Shown: positions 38,705 to 49,978, counted from the stretch's first letter. The stretch is 64,000 bases of DNA from Candidatus Cloacimonadales bacterium (GCA_963678315.1 OY782781.1:1-64000), one strand, 5' to 3'. Program-made: numbers and translations. The notes: generated by a model not told the origin, from the sequence alone.

Positions 38705-39331
38705 TTATCTAATGAAATTAGTCATTACTTTATTAACTCTTTTTGGTTTCTCAATCTTTGAATCGCTTACTGTTTTAAGTAACCAAGCCATATTCTGACC
38801 AAGGACTTCCATAATTTGGTTACCTTCTTCATCTTGTTCTGCATCATTTGGCATAGTTCCGTGTATAACATTCCAGTAATTTGAAGGAGCTACAAACATC
38901 TCTGAATAAGTCATATAGGTATTTAACTGATTGACAGCAGGCATACCACCAGTTCTTCTAACTGCTACAAGACCTGCACCTACTTTGTGTCTAAACAGAC
39001 CATTAACTCCTGCTACATAGAAAAGTCTATCTAAGAAGGACTTCATAGTACCATTGATTCCAGACCAATAAACTGGAGAAGCAAAGATAATACCATCTGC
39101 TTCTTTAAGTTTTTCAACCCAATTATTGAATTCGTCATCTGTTATCACACATCTATCATCTTTAGTTCTATAGCATTTCCCACAACCTAAACATCCATTA
39201 ACTTTTTCTTTTCCAATATGAATAATTTCTGTTTCTATACCTTCTTTTTCAAGAACTTCAAATACTTTCTTAATCGCATAATAAGTGTTACCTTTAGCTC
39301 TAGGGCTTCCATTGATTGCTATAACTTTCAT
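38705..39331 (-). CDS. Flavodoxin-fold iron-sulfur flavoprotein / NADPH-dependent FMN reductase family
   Basis: INGSPR..GNT, C..C..C...C cluster, ASPVYW, RRTGG. Confidence 0.85.
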   Translation of the reverse strand: MKVIAINGSPRAKGNTYYAIKKVFEVLEKEGIETEIIHIGKEKVNGCLGCGKCYRTKDDRCVITDDEFNNWVEKLKEADGIIFASPVYWSGINGTMKSFLDRLFYVAGVNGLFRHKVGAGLVAVRRTGGMPAVNQLNTYMTYSEMFVAPSNYWNVIHGTMPNDAEQDEEGNQIMEVLGQNMAWLLKTVSDSKIEKPKRVNKVMTNFIR

Positions 39332-39500
39332 TTATTCTCCTAAGTTTGTTTATTATAATTTGATTTTATTTCTTTTAGAATATATTCATAATTTCGTAGT
39401 TAGCAAGGATAAATTACACAAGTCTTAAGTAAAGAAGAATCAGATAAATTTTACTTTTTTACTAGAAAGTTAATAGTTCAATTACCCTTTATCCTAAAAC

Positions 39501-39539
39501 CCCTCCTGCATTAAATTTCGATTTTATGCAAGAGACGCT
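39501..39539. repeat. Hairpin repeat, TGCAT..ATGCA family
   Basis: 35/39 nt identical to the reverse complement of 62143-62181. Confidence 0.7.
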
Positions 39540-39690
39540 ACTGGAACGAGTGTTATTTGTAGGTCATTAGACAAAAAGAATAGTTCTATATTTTAGTTAT
39601 TGTGCATTATTTGGAATAATATATTCCCTAAGTATTGCTGATAAAAAAAATTAATAAGGACTGTCATTATAAACAGTCCTTACAATATTC

Positions 39691-39766
39691 TGGTGGAGCA
39701 TAGCGGGTTCGAACCGCTGACCTCTACACTGCCAGTGTAGCGCTCTCCCAACTGAGCTAATGCCCC
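39691..39766 (-). tRNA. tRNA-Ala(GGC)
   Basis: Reverse complement GGGGCATTAGCTCAGTTGGGAGAGCGCTACACTGGCAGTGTAGAGGTCAGCGGTTCGAACCCGCTATGCTCCACCA; G3:U70, anticodon GGC, CCA end. Confidence 0.97.
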
Positions 39767-39785
39767 AAGAGATTATATATTAAAA

Positions 39786-40574
39786 TTAATTTCTAGCTGT
39801 ATTTAAGGTTATACCTCTTTCTGAGTTTTTGGCAAAGTCTATAAATTCTCTTTGCATATCAGTCATATCTTTAATTTGCTCTGCTTCTTCAATAGCTTGA
39901 GAAACATTGAGCCCAAAGCGGTAAAAAATTCTATATACTTCTTTTAGTCTATCTATTTCTGCTTGGTCAATACCTCTGCGTTGCATACCAACTTGGTTTA
40001 AGCCACCTAAATGATAATCAGCACCTTGACCTCTTGTAAAAGGAGGAATATCTTTCTTGATTTGAGAAGCTCCACCAACAAAAGCATATCTTCCGACTTT
40101 GACAAACTGATTAGCGGCACACATACCACTAACAATAGCATGATCCATGATGTGAACATGACCAGCTAAAATTGTACCACTTGAGATTATGACTTCAGAA
40201 CCAATTTGGCAATTATGAGCTACATGTACATAAGACATGATCAAGTTACCATTACCAACATTAGTATCTTCATCTAAGCCATTTGAAGCATTGATAGTAA
40301 CATACTCTCTAATTGTATTACCGTTACCAATGTTTACTCTGGTTGGTTCATTCTTATATTTTAAGTCTTGCGGTTTCGTACCAATACAAGCATAAGGAAA
40401 TATTTCATTATTATCACCAATAGTGGTATGACCATCAACAACTACATGTGATTGAAGAATATTGTTTTCACCTAAAACGACATTTTCAGATATAATGCAG
40501 TAAGGGCCGATTACAGTACCTTTACCGACCTTTGCACCTTCTTTAATTATTGCGGTTGGATGAATATTAGACAT
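39786..40574 (-). CDS. lpxA: Acyl-ACP--UDP-GlcNAc O-acyltransferase
   Basis: IHPTAII, hexapeptide repeats, PQDLKY, IREYVTI, HVAHNC. Confidence 0.95.
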   Translation of the reverse strand: MSNIHPTAIIKEGAKVGKGTVIGPYCIISENVVLGENNILQSHVVVDGHTTIGDNNEIFPYACIGTKPQDLKYKNEPTRVNIGNGNTIREYVTINASNGLDEDTNVGNGNLIMSYVHVAHNCQIGSEVIISSGTILAGHVHIMDHAIVSGMCAANQFVKVGRYAFVGGASQIKKDIPPFTRGQGADYHLGGLNQVGMQRRGIDQAEIDRLKEVYRIFYRFGLNVSQAIEEAEQIKDMTDMQREFIDFAKNSERGITLNTARN

Positions 40575-40584
40575 GATTGAGCAC

Positions 40585-41976
40585 CTACTTTTTCATAAGT
40601 TTAGCTAGGAAATCACCTTCGCAAACTTTAACATCGCCGACATAAGCATCACCGTGCATTTTAGTAATTGTTTTCTTTAGAGAAATAACCTTCATTTCAA
40701 ATCTTAAGATATCTCCAGGCATAACAGGTTTTCTAAATTTAACATTATCAATAGAAGCAAAGTAGGCAACATAGTTTTCTGGGTCATTAAGTTGATTAAG
40801 CAGCATAATTCCGCCAGTTTGAGCCATAGCTTCAACTATAATAACACCTGGCATAACTGGATGCTCAGGGAAATGACCTTGGAAGAAAGGTTCATTCATA
40901 GTCACATTCTTAGTTCCAACAATTATTTTACCTGGAATAAACTCAATAATTTTATCTACAAATAAGAATGGGTATCTATGAGGAAGAATCTTCATAATAG
41001 CGTTGACATCAAAGACTACATTTTCAGTTCTTTTCTTTTGGAACATCTTTTGAAGTTCATTCTTACGCTGAATTTGACGGAGCTTCTTAACTAATTCTAC
41101 ATTAGTTTTATGTCCTGAACGGGCAGCTAAGATATGACCTTTAATAGGCATTCCCAAAAGAGCAATATCACCAATAACATCTAGAACTTTATGTCTTACA
41201 AACTCATTATTATATCTTAGTTTGCTTGTGTTGAGAACTCCTTCTTCAGTAACATTAATTTCTTTATGATAATTAAACACATCACGAAGGTGTTCTAACT
41301 CATCAGAAGACATATCTGGTTCGCCGATAACAACAGCATTGTCAAGAGAACCACCTTTGATAAGATTTTTTTCTTTAAGATAAAGAATTTCATTTATAAA
41401 GCAGAAGGTACGAGCTTTAGAGAATTCTTCTTCAAAGTAAGACATACTTGGTAGCCATGTATATTGAGTACCTAAATATGGATGATGATAATCAATCAAA
41501 AAGGTAACTTTTAATTCATTAGAAGGAACAATAACAATATCAACATTATCTTCTGGAGCTGAAAAATTAATTGGTTTATCAAATTCAAAATACTCTCGAA
41601 CTGATTCCTGTTGAATCACTCCGACCTGCTTAATTAGTCTGATGAATGGATAAGCTGAGCCATCAGCTACTGGAGCTTCAGGACCGTCTATTTCTATCAC
41701 AATATTATCAATATCCATTCCTTTAACAGCAGCAAGAACATGTTCAATAGTTCCAACTGTTGCTTTTTTAATACCAATTGTTGTTCCTCTCGAGATATCT
41801 ACTACATGGTCAATATCTGCAGGAATAACAGGCTTACCAGGTAAATCTGTTCTAACAAAAGAAATCCCATCATCTTGACCAGCAGGTTTAAATGTGATTG
41901 TTGAAATCACACCTGAATGTAATCCTATTCCTGTATAACTAATAGTTCCTGCAATTGTTTTCTTAAAATCACTCAT
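40585..41976 (-). CDS. lpxC: Bifunctional LpxC / FabZ fusion
   Basis: GIGLHSG, TIEHVLAA, ARTF, GGSLDNA, RHKVLDVIGD (LpxC) followed by LPHRYPFL, FQGHFP, PGVIIVEAMAQ (FabZ). Confidence 0.95.
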   Translation of the reverse strand: MSDFKKTIAGTISYTGIGLHSGVISTITFKPAGQDDGISFVRTDLPGKPVIPADIDHVVDISRGTTIGIKKATVGTIEHVLAAVKGMDIDNIVIEIDGPEAPVADGSAYPFIRLIKQVGVIQQESVREYFEFDKPINFSAPEDNVDIVIVPSNELKVTFLIDYHHPYLGTQYTWLPSMSYFEEEFSKARTFCFINEILYLKEKNLIKGGSLDNAVVIGEPDMSSDELEHLRDVFNYHKEINVTEEGVLNTSKLRYNNEFVRHKVLDVIGDIALLGMPIKGHILAARSGHKTNVELVKKLRQIQRKNELQKMFQKKRTENVVFDVNAIMKILPHRYPFLFVDKIIEFIPGKIIVGTKNVTMNEPFFQGHFPEHPVMPGVIIVEAMAQTGGIMLLNQLNDPENYVAYFASIDNVKFRKPVMPGDILRFEMKVISLKKTITKMHGDAYVGDVKVCEGDFLAKLMKK

Positions 41977-41977
41977 A

Positions 41978-43018
41978 TTATTTCTCTTCTTTCTTTTTTC
42001 CTTTTAAATACGCTTTGAACATATCAGGTAATTTATTTTCTACTGCCATAATCTTCTTTTGAAGAGCAGCATCTCTTGCTGGATATCCCAATAATAACTT
42101 ATCAGATTTAACATTTCCATGAATTCCTGATTTAGCTCCAGCCATTGTTCTATCACCTACAGTAACATGATCTGCTACACCTACTTGACCAGCTAAGTAT
42201 ACTTGACTACCAATCGTGGTAGAACCAGCTATTCCTACTTGTGAACAAATAATAGTGTTATCACCAATATTTACATTGTGACCTATCTGTACTAGATTAT
42301 CAAGCTTAGTATTCTCTTTTATAATTGTAGAACCTATGGTTCCTCTGTCAATACAAGAATTAGCACCAATTTCTACATTATCTTCTATTGTAACATTCCC
42401 AACCTGAGGAACTTTCTCTTGAATACCATTATAAAGAATATATCCGAATCCATCAGCTCCAATGACAACCCCTGCGTGCAGAATAACATTGTTTCCTAAT
42501 TCCATGTTATCATATATAGTACAGTTTGGATAAAGATGACAGTTATGCCCTATCTTTGTACCCTCTTTAATAACACAGTTAGATTCAATAACAACATCAT
42601 TACCAATAACAACATTGTCTTCTATAACAACAAAATCACCTACATGTACATTCTCACCAATTTTAGATGAAGAAGCAATAGATGATTTACTTGAGATTGT
42701 GCTTTCTTTTGCCTGGGAATCTATTTCCAGCCAAAGCTTAATCATAACCATAAATGTAAAATATGGTTTATCAACTTTTACAAGATTAGAGCTTTGATTA
42801 TTATCAACATCAAAATTACTTGGTACAAAGATTAAACCAGCCTTGCACTCTTTTAATTTAGGTAGATAGGCTTCATTCTCAAAGAAGCAAACAGAATTTG
42901 TGTTTGCTTCATCAAGTTCAGCAACATTGTTAAGATTTGTGTCAAAACGTTTTATGTATTCACCATTGGCTTTTTCAACAATGGTATCAATATCTAAAGG
43001 TATAGTAAAATATTTCAT
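41978..43018 (-). CDS. lpxD: UDP-3-O-acyl-glucosamine N-acyltransferase
   Basis: Hexapeptide repeats, [19 protein letters not shown]. Confidence 0.95.
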   Translation of the reverse strand: MKYFTIPLDIDTIVEKANGEYIKRFDTNLNNVAELDEANTNSVCFFENEAYLPKLKECKAGLIFVPSNFDVDNNQSSNLVKVDKPYFTFMVMIKLWLEIDSQAKESTISSKSSIASSSKIGENVHVGDFVVIEDNVVIGNDVVIESNCVIKEGTKIGHNCHLYPNCTIYDNMELGNNVILHAGVVIGADGFGYILYNGIQEKVPQVGNVTIEDNVEIGANSCIDRGTIGSTIIKENTKLDNLVQIGHNVNIGDNTIICSQVGIAGSTTIGSQVYLAGQVGVADHVTVGDRTMAGAKSGIHGNVKSDKLLLGYPARDAALQKKIMAVENKLPDMFKAYLKGKKKEEK

Positions 43019-43024
43019 TTAACT

Positions 43025-43564
43025 CTATTTTTCTTCTGAAGATGATTCTTCTTCATCACTATCTAATCGTTGGATAACAATCTCAGAAATATCTAAATTC
43101 TCTTTTGCATAAAGAACTGAGCCTGAAGATACATTAAGAACAATATCGTAGTTCTCTTCAATAGCTATTTCTTCAATAATTTGATTAATTCTTTCAATTA
43201 ATGGGGTCATTAGTGCTTCATTTCTTTGAAAAGCTAAACCATTAGATCCGAAATATTCTTGTTGTTTTCTCATTAAGTCTTCTTCTTCAGACTGAATAGA
43301 TTGAATCTCTGCTTTCTTAGCTTCTTCACTTAGAATAAGACTTCTTTTTTCGAAATTAGCCTTTCTATCGTCTAACTTTTGCTTCATCTTTCTAAGTTCT
43401 GTGTCCCACTCAGCTTGTTCTGCTGAGAACTGACGGTTAATTTCTTGAATATCTTTTGACTTCATCATTACAGATTCTACATCAACATAAGCAATCTTTG
43501 ATGACTCTGCAACAAGAAACGATAAACTAAACACTATTAATAAGATAAATGATATTTTTTTCAC
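43025..43564 (-). CDS. skp: OmpH/Skp periplasmic chaperone
   Basis: Signal peptide, KIAYVD, coiled coil, YDIVL...VLYA...DIS; GTG start after GGAGG; upstream of lpxD. Confidence 0.85.
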   Translation of the reverse strand: MKKISFILLIVFSLSFLVAESSKIAYVDVESVMMKSKDIQEINRQFSAEQAEWDTELRKMKQKLDDRKANFEKRSLILSEEAKKAEIQSIQSEEEDLMRKQQEYFGSNGLAFQRNEALMTPLIERINQIIEEIAIEENYDIVLNVSSGSVLYAKENLDISEIVIQRLDSDEEESSSEEK

Positions 43565-43749
43565 ATTTCCTCCAAAATAAGTTATAAAACACTATTAAAA
43601 AAGACAATAAATCTCAATCGCTAACATAGTCAATAAATTTAATTTAAAACTATACTCTTTTATCTGACAAACAATGCTTGTAAAAAATAACTTTACAGCT
43701 ATCTTAAAATGATATATAATTGACATCCTGTAAATTTTATGGAGGAACA

Positions 43750-45411
43750 ATGATTAAAGTAGAATTACAAAAAGATGATATATATGTTAAAACTGTAGAA
43801 ATAGATTCACCAATGAGTATTAAGGAAGTCGTCAATGGGTATATTCCAGAATACCATGATATTCTTTCTTTCAAAGTTAATAATGAATGCTATCATAACG
43901 ACACTTACGAAATCACTGCTGATTGCTTAATCAATTCAGTGACATACAAACACTTAGAAGGTAAACGAATCTATCAGGATTCTGTTATATTCTTAATGAC
44001 GAAAGCCTTCTATAACCTATTTTTAAATAAGTTCAAGGTTGTTGTAGAACATTCAATTGATGATGGGGTCTTCTGTGAAGTATTTGGAGACTTGGAATTT
44101 ACTGAAAAGGATGTATTGAATATAAAACAGGAAATGCTGAGAACAGTCGAGCGTCAACTCTGGATTGATAAGATAAGCTACACTTGGAAAGAAGCTTTAG
44201 ATATACTCGAAAGACAGTCCAGAAGCGACTTGATTAAGAACATCGATTACTATTCCTCAAGAACTGTTAATTTGTACAAATGTGGTGAATATCATGATTT
44301 CTTCTCTAGACCACTTGCCGATAATACAAAGAACATTGGGGTTTTTGATGTTGAGAAAAAAAATAAAGGCTTTATATTACACTTCCCACAAAGCTCGACA
44401 TTCAAAGTAAAAGAAAACCTAGTTCATTCTCAAAAGGTATTTAAAGCACATCAAAATCATGATAAATGGTTAAGTTTATTGGGTGTGCATAAGATTCTAG
44501 ATATTAATAGCTTGGTCGATGATTATAAGATTAGTAATTTCATTCTTCATGAAGAAGCCTTACACGAGAAGAATATAGCAAGTATTGCTGAAGAGATTAA
44601 ACAAAGCAATAAAAAGATAATTCTGATTGCAGGTCCATCTTCTTCTGGTAAAACTACTTTCTCCCATAGGCTCGGAGTTCAGTTACAAGTTGCAGGTCTG
44701 AAACCTATAATTATTGGATTAGATGATTATTTCCTTGATAGGACAATGACTCCTCGAAAGAAAGATGGCTCTTATGATTTCGAGACAATAAAAGCACTTA
44801 ATCTAGATCTGTTAAATACTCATTTGAAAAATCTTTTAGATGGTAAGAAAGTTGAGTTACCTAAGTACAATTTCAGTAGAGGAACTTCTGAGAATAGTAA
44901 GAATTTCATTAAGTTAGGTGAGAATGATGTAATTGTAATGGAAGGTATTCATGGTCTAAATCCTGAACTTTCCTACCAAATCCCTGATTCTGAAAAGGTA
45001 AAGATCTATGTTACCGCCTTAAACCAGCTAAACATAGACAACCATAATAGAATACCTACTACTGACTGTAGAAAGCTACGCAGAATAGTTAGAGACTTTT
45101 ATTATAGAGGTTATAGTGCAGAAGAAACTCTTAACCGTTGGAAGTCAGTTAGAGATGGAGAGAACAAGAACATTTTCCCATTCCAAGAGAATGCAGACTA
45201 TATTTTCAACAGTTCTTTGACTTATGAATTAGGTTGTATTAAGAGTCATGCTACTAAGGAGTTAAAGAAGATTCACCCTAACTCAATTAATTATACTGAG
45301 GCTAAACGCTTGCTACTGCTGTTAAGCTTCATTAAAGATATACCTGAAAAGTATGTACCAAATAATTCCATCATCAGAGAATTTATTGGTGGATCTTGCT
45401 TTAGAGGCTAG
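43750..45411 (+). CDS. Nucleoside (uridine) kinase with N-terminal ThrRS-like domain
   Basis: AGPSSSGKTT, DDYF, EGIHGLN, RRIVRD...RG, IFPFQE, SIIREFIGGS; ATG 43750 after GGAGG. Confidence 0.85.
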   Translation: MIKVELQKDDIYVKTVEIDSPMSIKEVVNGYIPEYHDILSFKVNNECYHNDTYEITADCLINSVTYKHLEGKRIYQDSVIFLMTKAFYNLFLNKFKVVVEHSIDDGVFCEVFGDLEFTEKDVLNIKQEMLRTVERQLWIDKISYTWKEALDILERQSRSDLIKNIDYYSSRTVNLYKCGEYHDFFSRPLADNTKNIGVFDVEKKNKGFILHFPQSSTFKVKENLVHSQKVFKAHQNHDKWLSLLGVHKILDINSLVDDYKISNFILHEEALHEKNIASIAEEIKQSNKKIILIAGPSSSGKTTFSHRLGVQLQVAGLKPIIIGLDDYFLDRTMTPRKKDGSYDFETIKALNLDLLNTHLKNLLDGKKVELPKYNFSRGTSENSKNFIKLGENDVIVMEGIHGLNPELSYQIPDSEKVKIYVTALNQLNIDNHNRIPTTDCRKLRRIVRDFYYRGYSAEETLNRWKSVRDGENKNIFPFQENADYIFNSSLTYELGCIKSHATKELKKIHPNSINYTEAKRLLLLLSFIKDIPEKYVPNNSIIREFIGGSCFRG

Positions 45412-45412
45412 T

Positions 45413-45766
45413 ATGTCAGCAATATTATCACTTAAGTATCAGTATATAAATCCGAAAGATAGGTCATGGTTCTACAAAGTTTTTGAGACCTTGCAGGAAC
45501 TAGATAAATGGTTGAAAGATGATTCTATCATATTAGTAAGGTCTGATGATTTAATGAATGAAGACATACTAAAGAAGCTTAAACTACTAAAGTTACAGTC
45601 TTCTGCTAGAAGAATAATTATTATTGGAGATTGTAGTTACAAGAATGATTACTTCATATATACGTCAGAAGATAACTTAAAAGCTAAGATTGATGCTTGT
45701 ATAAAGAATAAGCTGTCTTTAGATGATAATAAAAAGGCCATCTCGGATATAGTCAAGGAGATTTAA
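45413..45766 (+). CDS. Hypothetical protein
   Basis: ATG 1 nt after the upstream stop, with GAGG; 117 aa. Confidence 0.55.
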   Translation: MSAILSLKYQYINPKDRSWFYKVFETLQELDKWLKDDSIILVRSDDLMNEDILKKLKLLKLQSSARRIIIIGDCSYKNDYFIYTSEDNLKAKIDACIKNKLSLDDNKKAISDIVKEI

Positions 45767-45792
45767 ATTAAAATATAATGCATTAGAATACA

Positions 45793-45824
45793 AAAGAGAG
45801 TGGTGGAAATTCATCACTCTCTTT
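45793..45824. terminator. Bidirectional terminator
   Basis: aaagagagtggtg-gaaatt-catcactctcttt. Confidence 0.7.
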
Positions 45825-45840
45825 CTTAATATTATTAAAC

Positions 45841-46275
45841 TTAGTCAGTAACTCTAACTACTTTTACGCCTTTTAGAGTATCTGAAACTGGGCATTTTTC
45901 TTCAATAACTTGAATTAATTTTTCGATATTTTCCTGAGGAGAATCAGAAACAATATTCAATTTATATCTAATTTCAGAATATCCATTTCTTACATTTGGG
46001 TTAAGACCCATGAAACCATCAAGATCGATATCTCCAACAATTTCTACAGAGCAATCTTGAAGATTCACTTTACACTTTTTAGCGAATGCTGCAGCACAAA
46101 TAGCCATACATCCACCTAATGAATTTAGTAGCAATTCAACCGGGTTCATTGCTTTATCGGTACCACCAAGTTCTTTTGGCTCATCTAATGCAACTTTAAA
46201 TCCTCTTGATTCACCTTCACAATAAACACCTTCTTTTGTCCATTTAACTACTGCTTTCATGTTTGTTATAGCCAT
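45841..46275 (-). CDS. OsmC family protein
   Basis: DEPKELGGTD.AMNPVELLL.SLGGC...CPVSDTL. Confidence 0.88.
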   Translation of the reverse strand: MAITNMKAVVKWTKEGVYCEGESRGFKVALDEPKELGGTDKAMNPVELLLNSLGGCMAICAAAFAKKCKVNLQDCSVEIVGDIDLDGFMGLNPNVRNGYSEIRYKLNIVSDSPQENIEKLIQVIEEKCPVSDTLKGVKVVRVTD

Positions 46276-46460
46276 TTCAAATCTCCTTAATTAAGTTTAC
46301 AACAATATATTTACATTTTTATCATTAGCAAATTATTTAATCTTTCTCAAAAAAAGACTTGAAAGAAATACTTTATTAGATTATTATTGCAGTAAACAAC
46401 AAAGTGATATGTTATGGTATATTTATAATTAAATTTAAATGAAGTAAAAGGAGACATTAG

Positions 46461-47423
46461 ATGAAACTTATAAAAATTGTTATTATTATAATGCTTATTG
46501 GATTAATTGCCTGTGAGGTGTCTCAAGATAATAATAAGATAAAAGAAACTAATACATTTTCCAATTCTAATAAAAAATACAAAATAGCCTTAGTCATGAA
46601 GACTTTAACTAATCCTTTCTTTGAGACAATGGGAAAAGGGGCTCGTAAAGCAGAATTAGAGCACAACATAGACTTGATTGTTAAAACCGGTTCACAAGAA
46701 ACAGCAATTAATCAGCAAGTTAGTATTATCAGGAAATTGATTGAAGATAAAGTTGATGCTATTGTTATAGCTCCAGCTGATTCATACCAATTAGTGGAAA
46801 TATTGGCTCATGCTCAAAAAGAAGGTATTGTCATTGTAAATATCGACAATAAGCTTGATACTGAAACATCTGCTAAATATCATCTTACCGATGTTCCTTT
46901 TATTAGTGTTGATAATGAAGAAGGTGCATATCTAGCAACTAAATATATAGCAGACCAAGTTAATAAAGTGAGTAGAGCTGTTGTAATTGAAGGCATTGAG
47001 GCTACTAAGAACAGTCAAGCAAGAAAAGCTGGGGCAATCAGAGCTTTTCAAGAGAATCCTCAGGTTGTACTTGTTGATGTTAAGAGCGCTAACTGGAAGA
47101 TAGAAGAAGCATATATTGCTTTCCATGACCTTTGGAAGAAACATGGCTTTATAGATTTAGTATTTTGTGCTAATGATATGATGGCTTACGGAGTAGTTAA
47201 GTTTCTTGAAGAAAACAAGATAAAGAACGTGAAACTTGCTGGATTTGATAATTTAGCCCAGACAGCAGAATACATCGACAATGGCATTGTTTCAGCAACA
47301 ATAGACCAGCAAGCTTTTGAACAAGGTTATCAAGGAATTAACACAGCTATCAAACTATTGAACAAAGAAGAACTAGAGTCACTGAATGTTACAATAGATG
47401 TTAAGTTAATTACAGATAAGTAG
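46461..47423 (+). CDS. RbsB/LacI-type periplasmic sugar-binding lipoprotein
   Basis: Lipobox LIAC, LTNPFF, SVDNEEG, ANW, CANDMMA.G, GFD, TIDQ. Confidence 0.88.
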   Translation: MKLIKIVIIIMLIGLIACEVSQDNNKIKETNTFSNSNKKYKIALVMKTLTNPFFETMGKGARKAELEHNIDLIVKTGSQETAINQQVSIIRKLIEDKVDAIVIAPADSYQLVEILAHAQKEGIVIVNIDNKLDTETSAKYHLTDVPFISVDNEEGAYLATKYIADQVNKVSRAVVIEGIEATKNSQARKAGAIRAFQENPQVVLVDVKSANWKIEEAYIAFHDLWKKHGFIDLVFCANDMMAYGVVKFLEENKIKNVKLAGFDNLAQTAEYIDNGIVSATIDQQAFEQGYQGINTAIKLLNKEELESLNVTIDVKLITDK

Positions 47424-47428
47424 ATTAC

Positions 47429-49759
47429 ATGAAATTAATAAGATTAGCTAGAAAATCTCTTTTCACTAAAATAGCAATATTTTATTTTATCTTAGGGTTT
47501 TTACCATTAATGATATTGATGTTTTGGGCTTTCACCACTAGCAACAAGTCATTAACAAGTCACCTTGAAAATAATGTTTTAGAGCTAATCAAACAAAAAG
47601 CAGCTTATACCGGACTAAAACTTTACACTGTTGAAAACCTCATGCACAATATTTCGAATGTCGAAGAAGTAGTTAACAGTCTTAAGAATGAACCTGATAA
47701 TCTATCTATCATTCAGAAAATTACCGTAGAAGAGAAGATTGGTCATATTCTAGGGTCTTTTGTTAGTATAGAAGGGATTGAGTCCATTGATATCATTTCT
47801 AGAAATATGAACAGATATCAAAATAAGAACACTACAATCCATACAGATATTGTTAATCAAGCAAGTATCGAGAATCTACTCAATGAAAACAATGAGAATG
47901 AATACAAGATATTCTGGCATGGAGTAAAACCTAACCTAGATAATAAGTCCCAATACTCTTTGGTTGCTAGCAAAAAGCTAATGTATTATGATAAAGAAAA
48001 GCAAGCAAAAGAATATTTAGGTTTATTAATAGTACATTTCTCACTAGATGAGTTAACTTTTGAAGCTGATAATACTCTAGTTAATGAGAATTTTAGACAT
48101 TTTATTGTAGATAACAATGGTAAGATTGTTTATTCTGACATTAGTAAAGATATAGGTTCAGGATTCAAAACTATCAATGATATTGAGAAAAACAGAATAC
48201 ATAACTTTGATAAGATGGATATTAAAGGTGGTAAGCAGTTAATTTTAAAGCATAATCTATCTAAATATAATCTTAAGTTCTTTACATTTATAGACAATAA
48301 GTACCTCTGGTATTCTAAGTTCAATCTTGTTAAGGTATCACTATTTGGGATAATTAGTATCTTATTATTTAGTGCTTTTATGTTCTATATTTTTTCTAAG
48401 AAAATTCTTTTCCCAATAAGAGAAATTAAAGATTACTTTGTCGATATAACAAATAATAAATCTGATTATAAAAGACATATAAGAGTCACCTCTCATGATG
48501 AAATTGGTGAATTACAAAGATGGTTTAACTCTTTTCTTACTAATCTAGGAGAAAAAGAAATCTATGCTAAAGAGCTAAAGGTTCAAAAGGAATTAGCTGA
48601 GATTGCTAATAAATCTAAAGACAACTTCCTAGCAAGCATTTCACATGAACTTAGGACTCCATTAAATGGTGTTATATCTGTTTCTCAGCTGTTAAATGAA
48701 ACTGATTTATCCAAGCAACAAGAAGAATATGTTGATATTGTTCAACAATCTTCTACCATACTTTATTCTTTGATTAATCAAGTGCTTGATTTTTCTAAGA
48801 TTACAGCCAATAGGCTTGATTTATCAGTTAAAACATTCAATATAAAAGACCTCTTAGTAAAACTTACTAACCTTGTTCAACTTGAATGTAAAACTAAGAA
48901 TCTACAATTCATTATTAATGATTCAGTCCAAGATAAGTTATATGTTGAAGCTGATGAACTTGCAATTCAAAAAGTACTTCTTAACCTCTTGAACAACAGT
49001 GTAAAATACACAAATAAAGGTTTTGTCAAATTTGATATAAACATAATTGAAAAGAGTACAGACTATGTTTCCTTAAGTTTTTCAGTTTCAGATTCTGGAA
49101 TAGGTATTCCCAAAGATAAACAGGAATCAATCTTCGAGGCATTTGAGCAAGTTGATAATTCTCTTTCAAAGAAAGTTTCTGGATCCGGCTTAGGCTTATC
49201 AATTGCTCAACAACTAACCAAGTTAATGGGTAGTGAGATTGAACTGGTCAGCCCTAATCCTAACCTTACAAATATGCCTGATATGATTGGTTCAGTATTC
49301 CAATTTAAGCTTAAACTCAAGTTAGCAAGACAGGTCACTGAAAAGGTTACCAGTAAGAAAAGCGATATATTAAAGACCTACACAGCAAGCCAACAACTGA
49401 GCTGTCTCATTGTTGAGGATAATGTTATAAATCAAAAAATCATTACATCAATTCTGCATAGATATAATATTAAAACTCAAATTGCTAACAACTGGACTGA
49501 ATGTTTATCTATTCTAATAGGTCACCATTTTGATTACATCTTCATGGATATACAAATGCCAGAAGTAACAGGTATAGAACTTACAAAAATGGTTAGAGAA
49601 AAAGGTATTGATTGTCCAATCATAGCAGTAAGTGGTAATGTTATAGATAGTGTTCAAGATGCTGCTTTTTCTTCTGGGATGAACGGTTTCATTGGTAAGC
49701 CTATCAAGATTTCGGAAATAGAAGACATGCTAGTAAAATTCTTACCTCCTAGTAATTGA
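47429..49759 (+). CDS. Hybrid sensor histidine kinase (Cache-like, HAMP, HisKA, HATPase, receiver)
   Basis: DEIGEL, SHELRTPLNG, NLLNNSVKYT, DSGIGI, GSGLGLSI, VEDN, FMDIQMP, KP. Confidence 0.92.
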   Translation: MKLIRLARKSLFTKIAIFYFILGFLPLMILMFWAFTTSNKSLTSHLENNVLELIKQKAAYTGLKLYTVENLMHNISNVEEVVNSLKNEPDNLSIIQKITVEEKIGHILGSFVSIEGIESIDIISRNMNRYQNKNTTIHTDIVNQASIENLLNENNENEYKIFWHGVKPNLDNKSQYSLVASKKLMYYDKEKQAKEYLGLLIVHFSLDELTFEADNTLVNENFRHFIVDNNGKIVYSDISKDIGSGFKTINDIEKNRIHNFDKMDIKGGKQLILKHNLSKYNLKFFTFIDNKYLWYSKFNLVKVSLFGIISILLFSAFMFYIFSKKILFPIREIKDYFVDITNNKSDYKRHIRVTSHDEIGELQRWFNSFLTNLGEKEIYAKELKVQKELAEIANKSKDNFLASISHELRTPLNGVISVSQLLNETDLSKQQEEYVDIVQQSSTILYSLINQVLDFSKITANRLDLSVKTFNIKDLLVKLTNLVQLECKTKNLQFIINDSVQDKLYVEADELAIQKVLLNLLNNSVKYTNKGFVKFDINIIEKSTDYVSLSFSVSDSGIGIPKDKQESIFEAFEQVDNSLSKKVSGSGLGLSIAQQLTKLMGSEIELVSPNPNLTNMPDMIGSVFQFKLKLKLARQVTEKVTSKKSDILKTYTASQQLSCLIVEDNVINQKIITSILHRYNIKTQIANNWTECLSILIGHHFDYIFMDIQMPEVTGIELTKMVREKGIDCPIIAVSGNVIDSVQDAAFSSGMNGFIGKPIKISEIEDMLVKFLPPSN

Positions 49760-49927
49760 TTTTATTTTCTATATACTTACTTTGATTAATCAGCTACTTC
49801 CTGAACCTCTTCTATTTGATTATCAAAGGTTTGAACATGACAACCCTAAAGCTATTCTTTTTGCCTAAAGATAAACTTCGGTCAAGTTAACGGTGGATGA
49901 TAAGACTTTTTCGAATGGTCTCTACAC

Positions 49928-49978
49928 CCTTACTCCCCACCTTGAAAAAAAGTCGATTTTTCAAGGAGGCAAGTAAGG
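49928..49978. repeat. Nested hairpin repeat, TTGAAAAA family
   Basis: ccttact...ccttgaaaaaaagtcgatttttcaagg-aggcaagtaagg. Confidence 0.7.

Noticed and set aside
40585..41976. LpxC-FabZ fusion as a novelty
   Set aside because: This fusion is well known in Bacteroidota and related FCB lineages.
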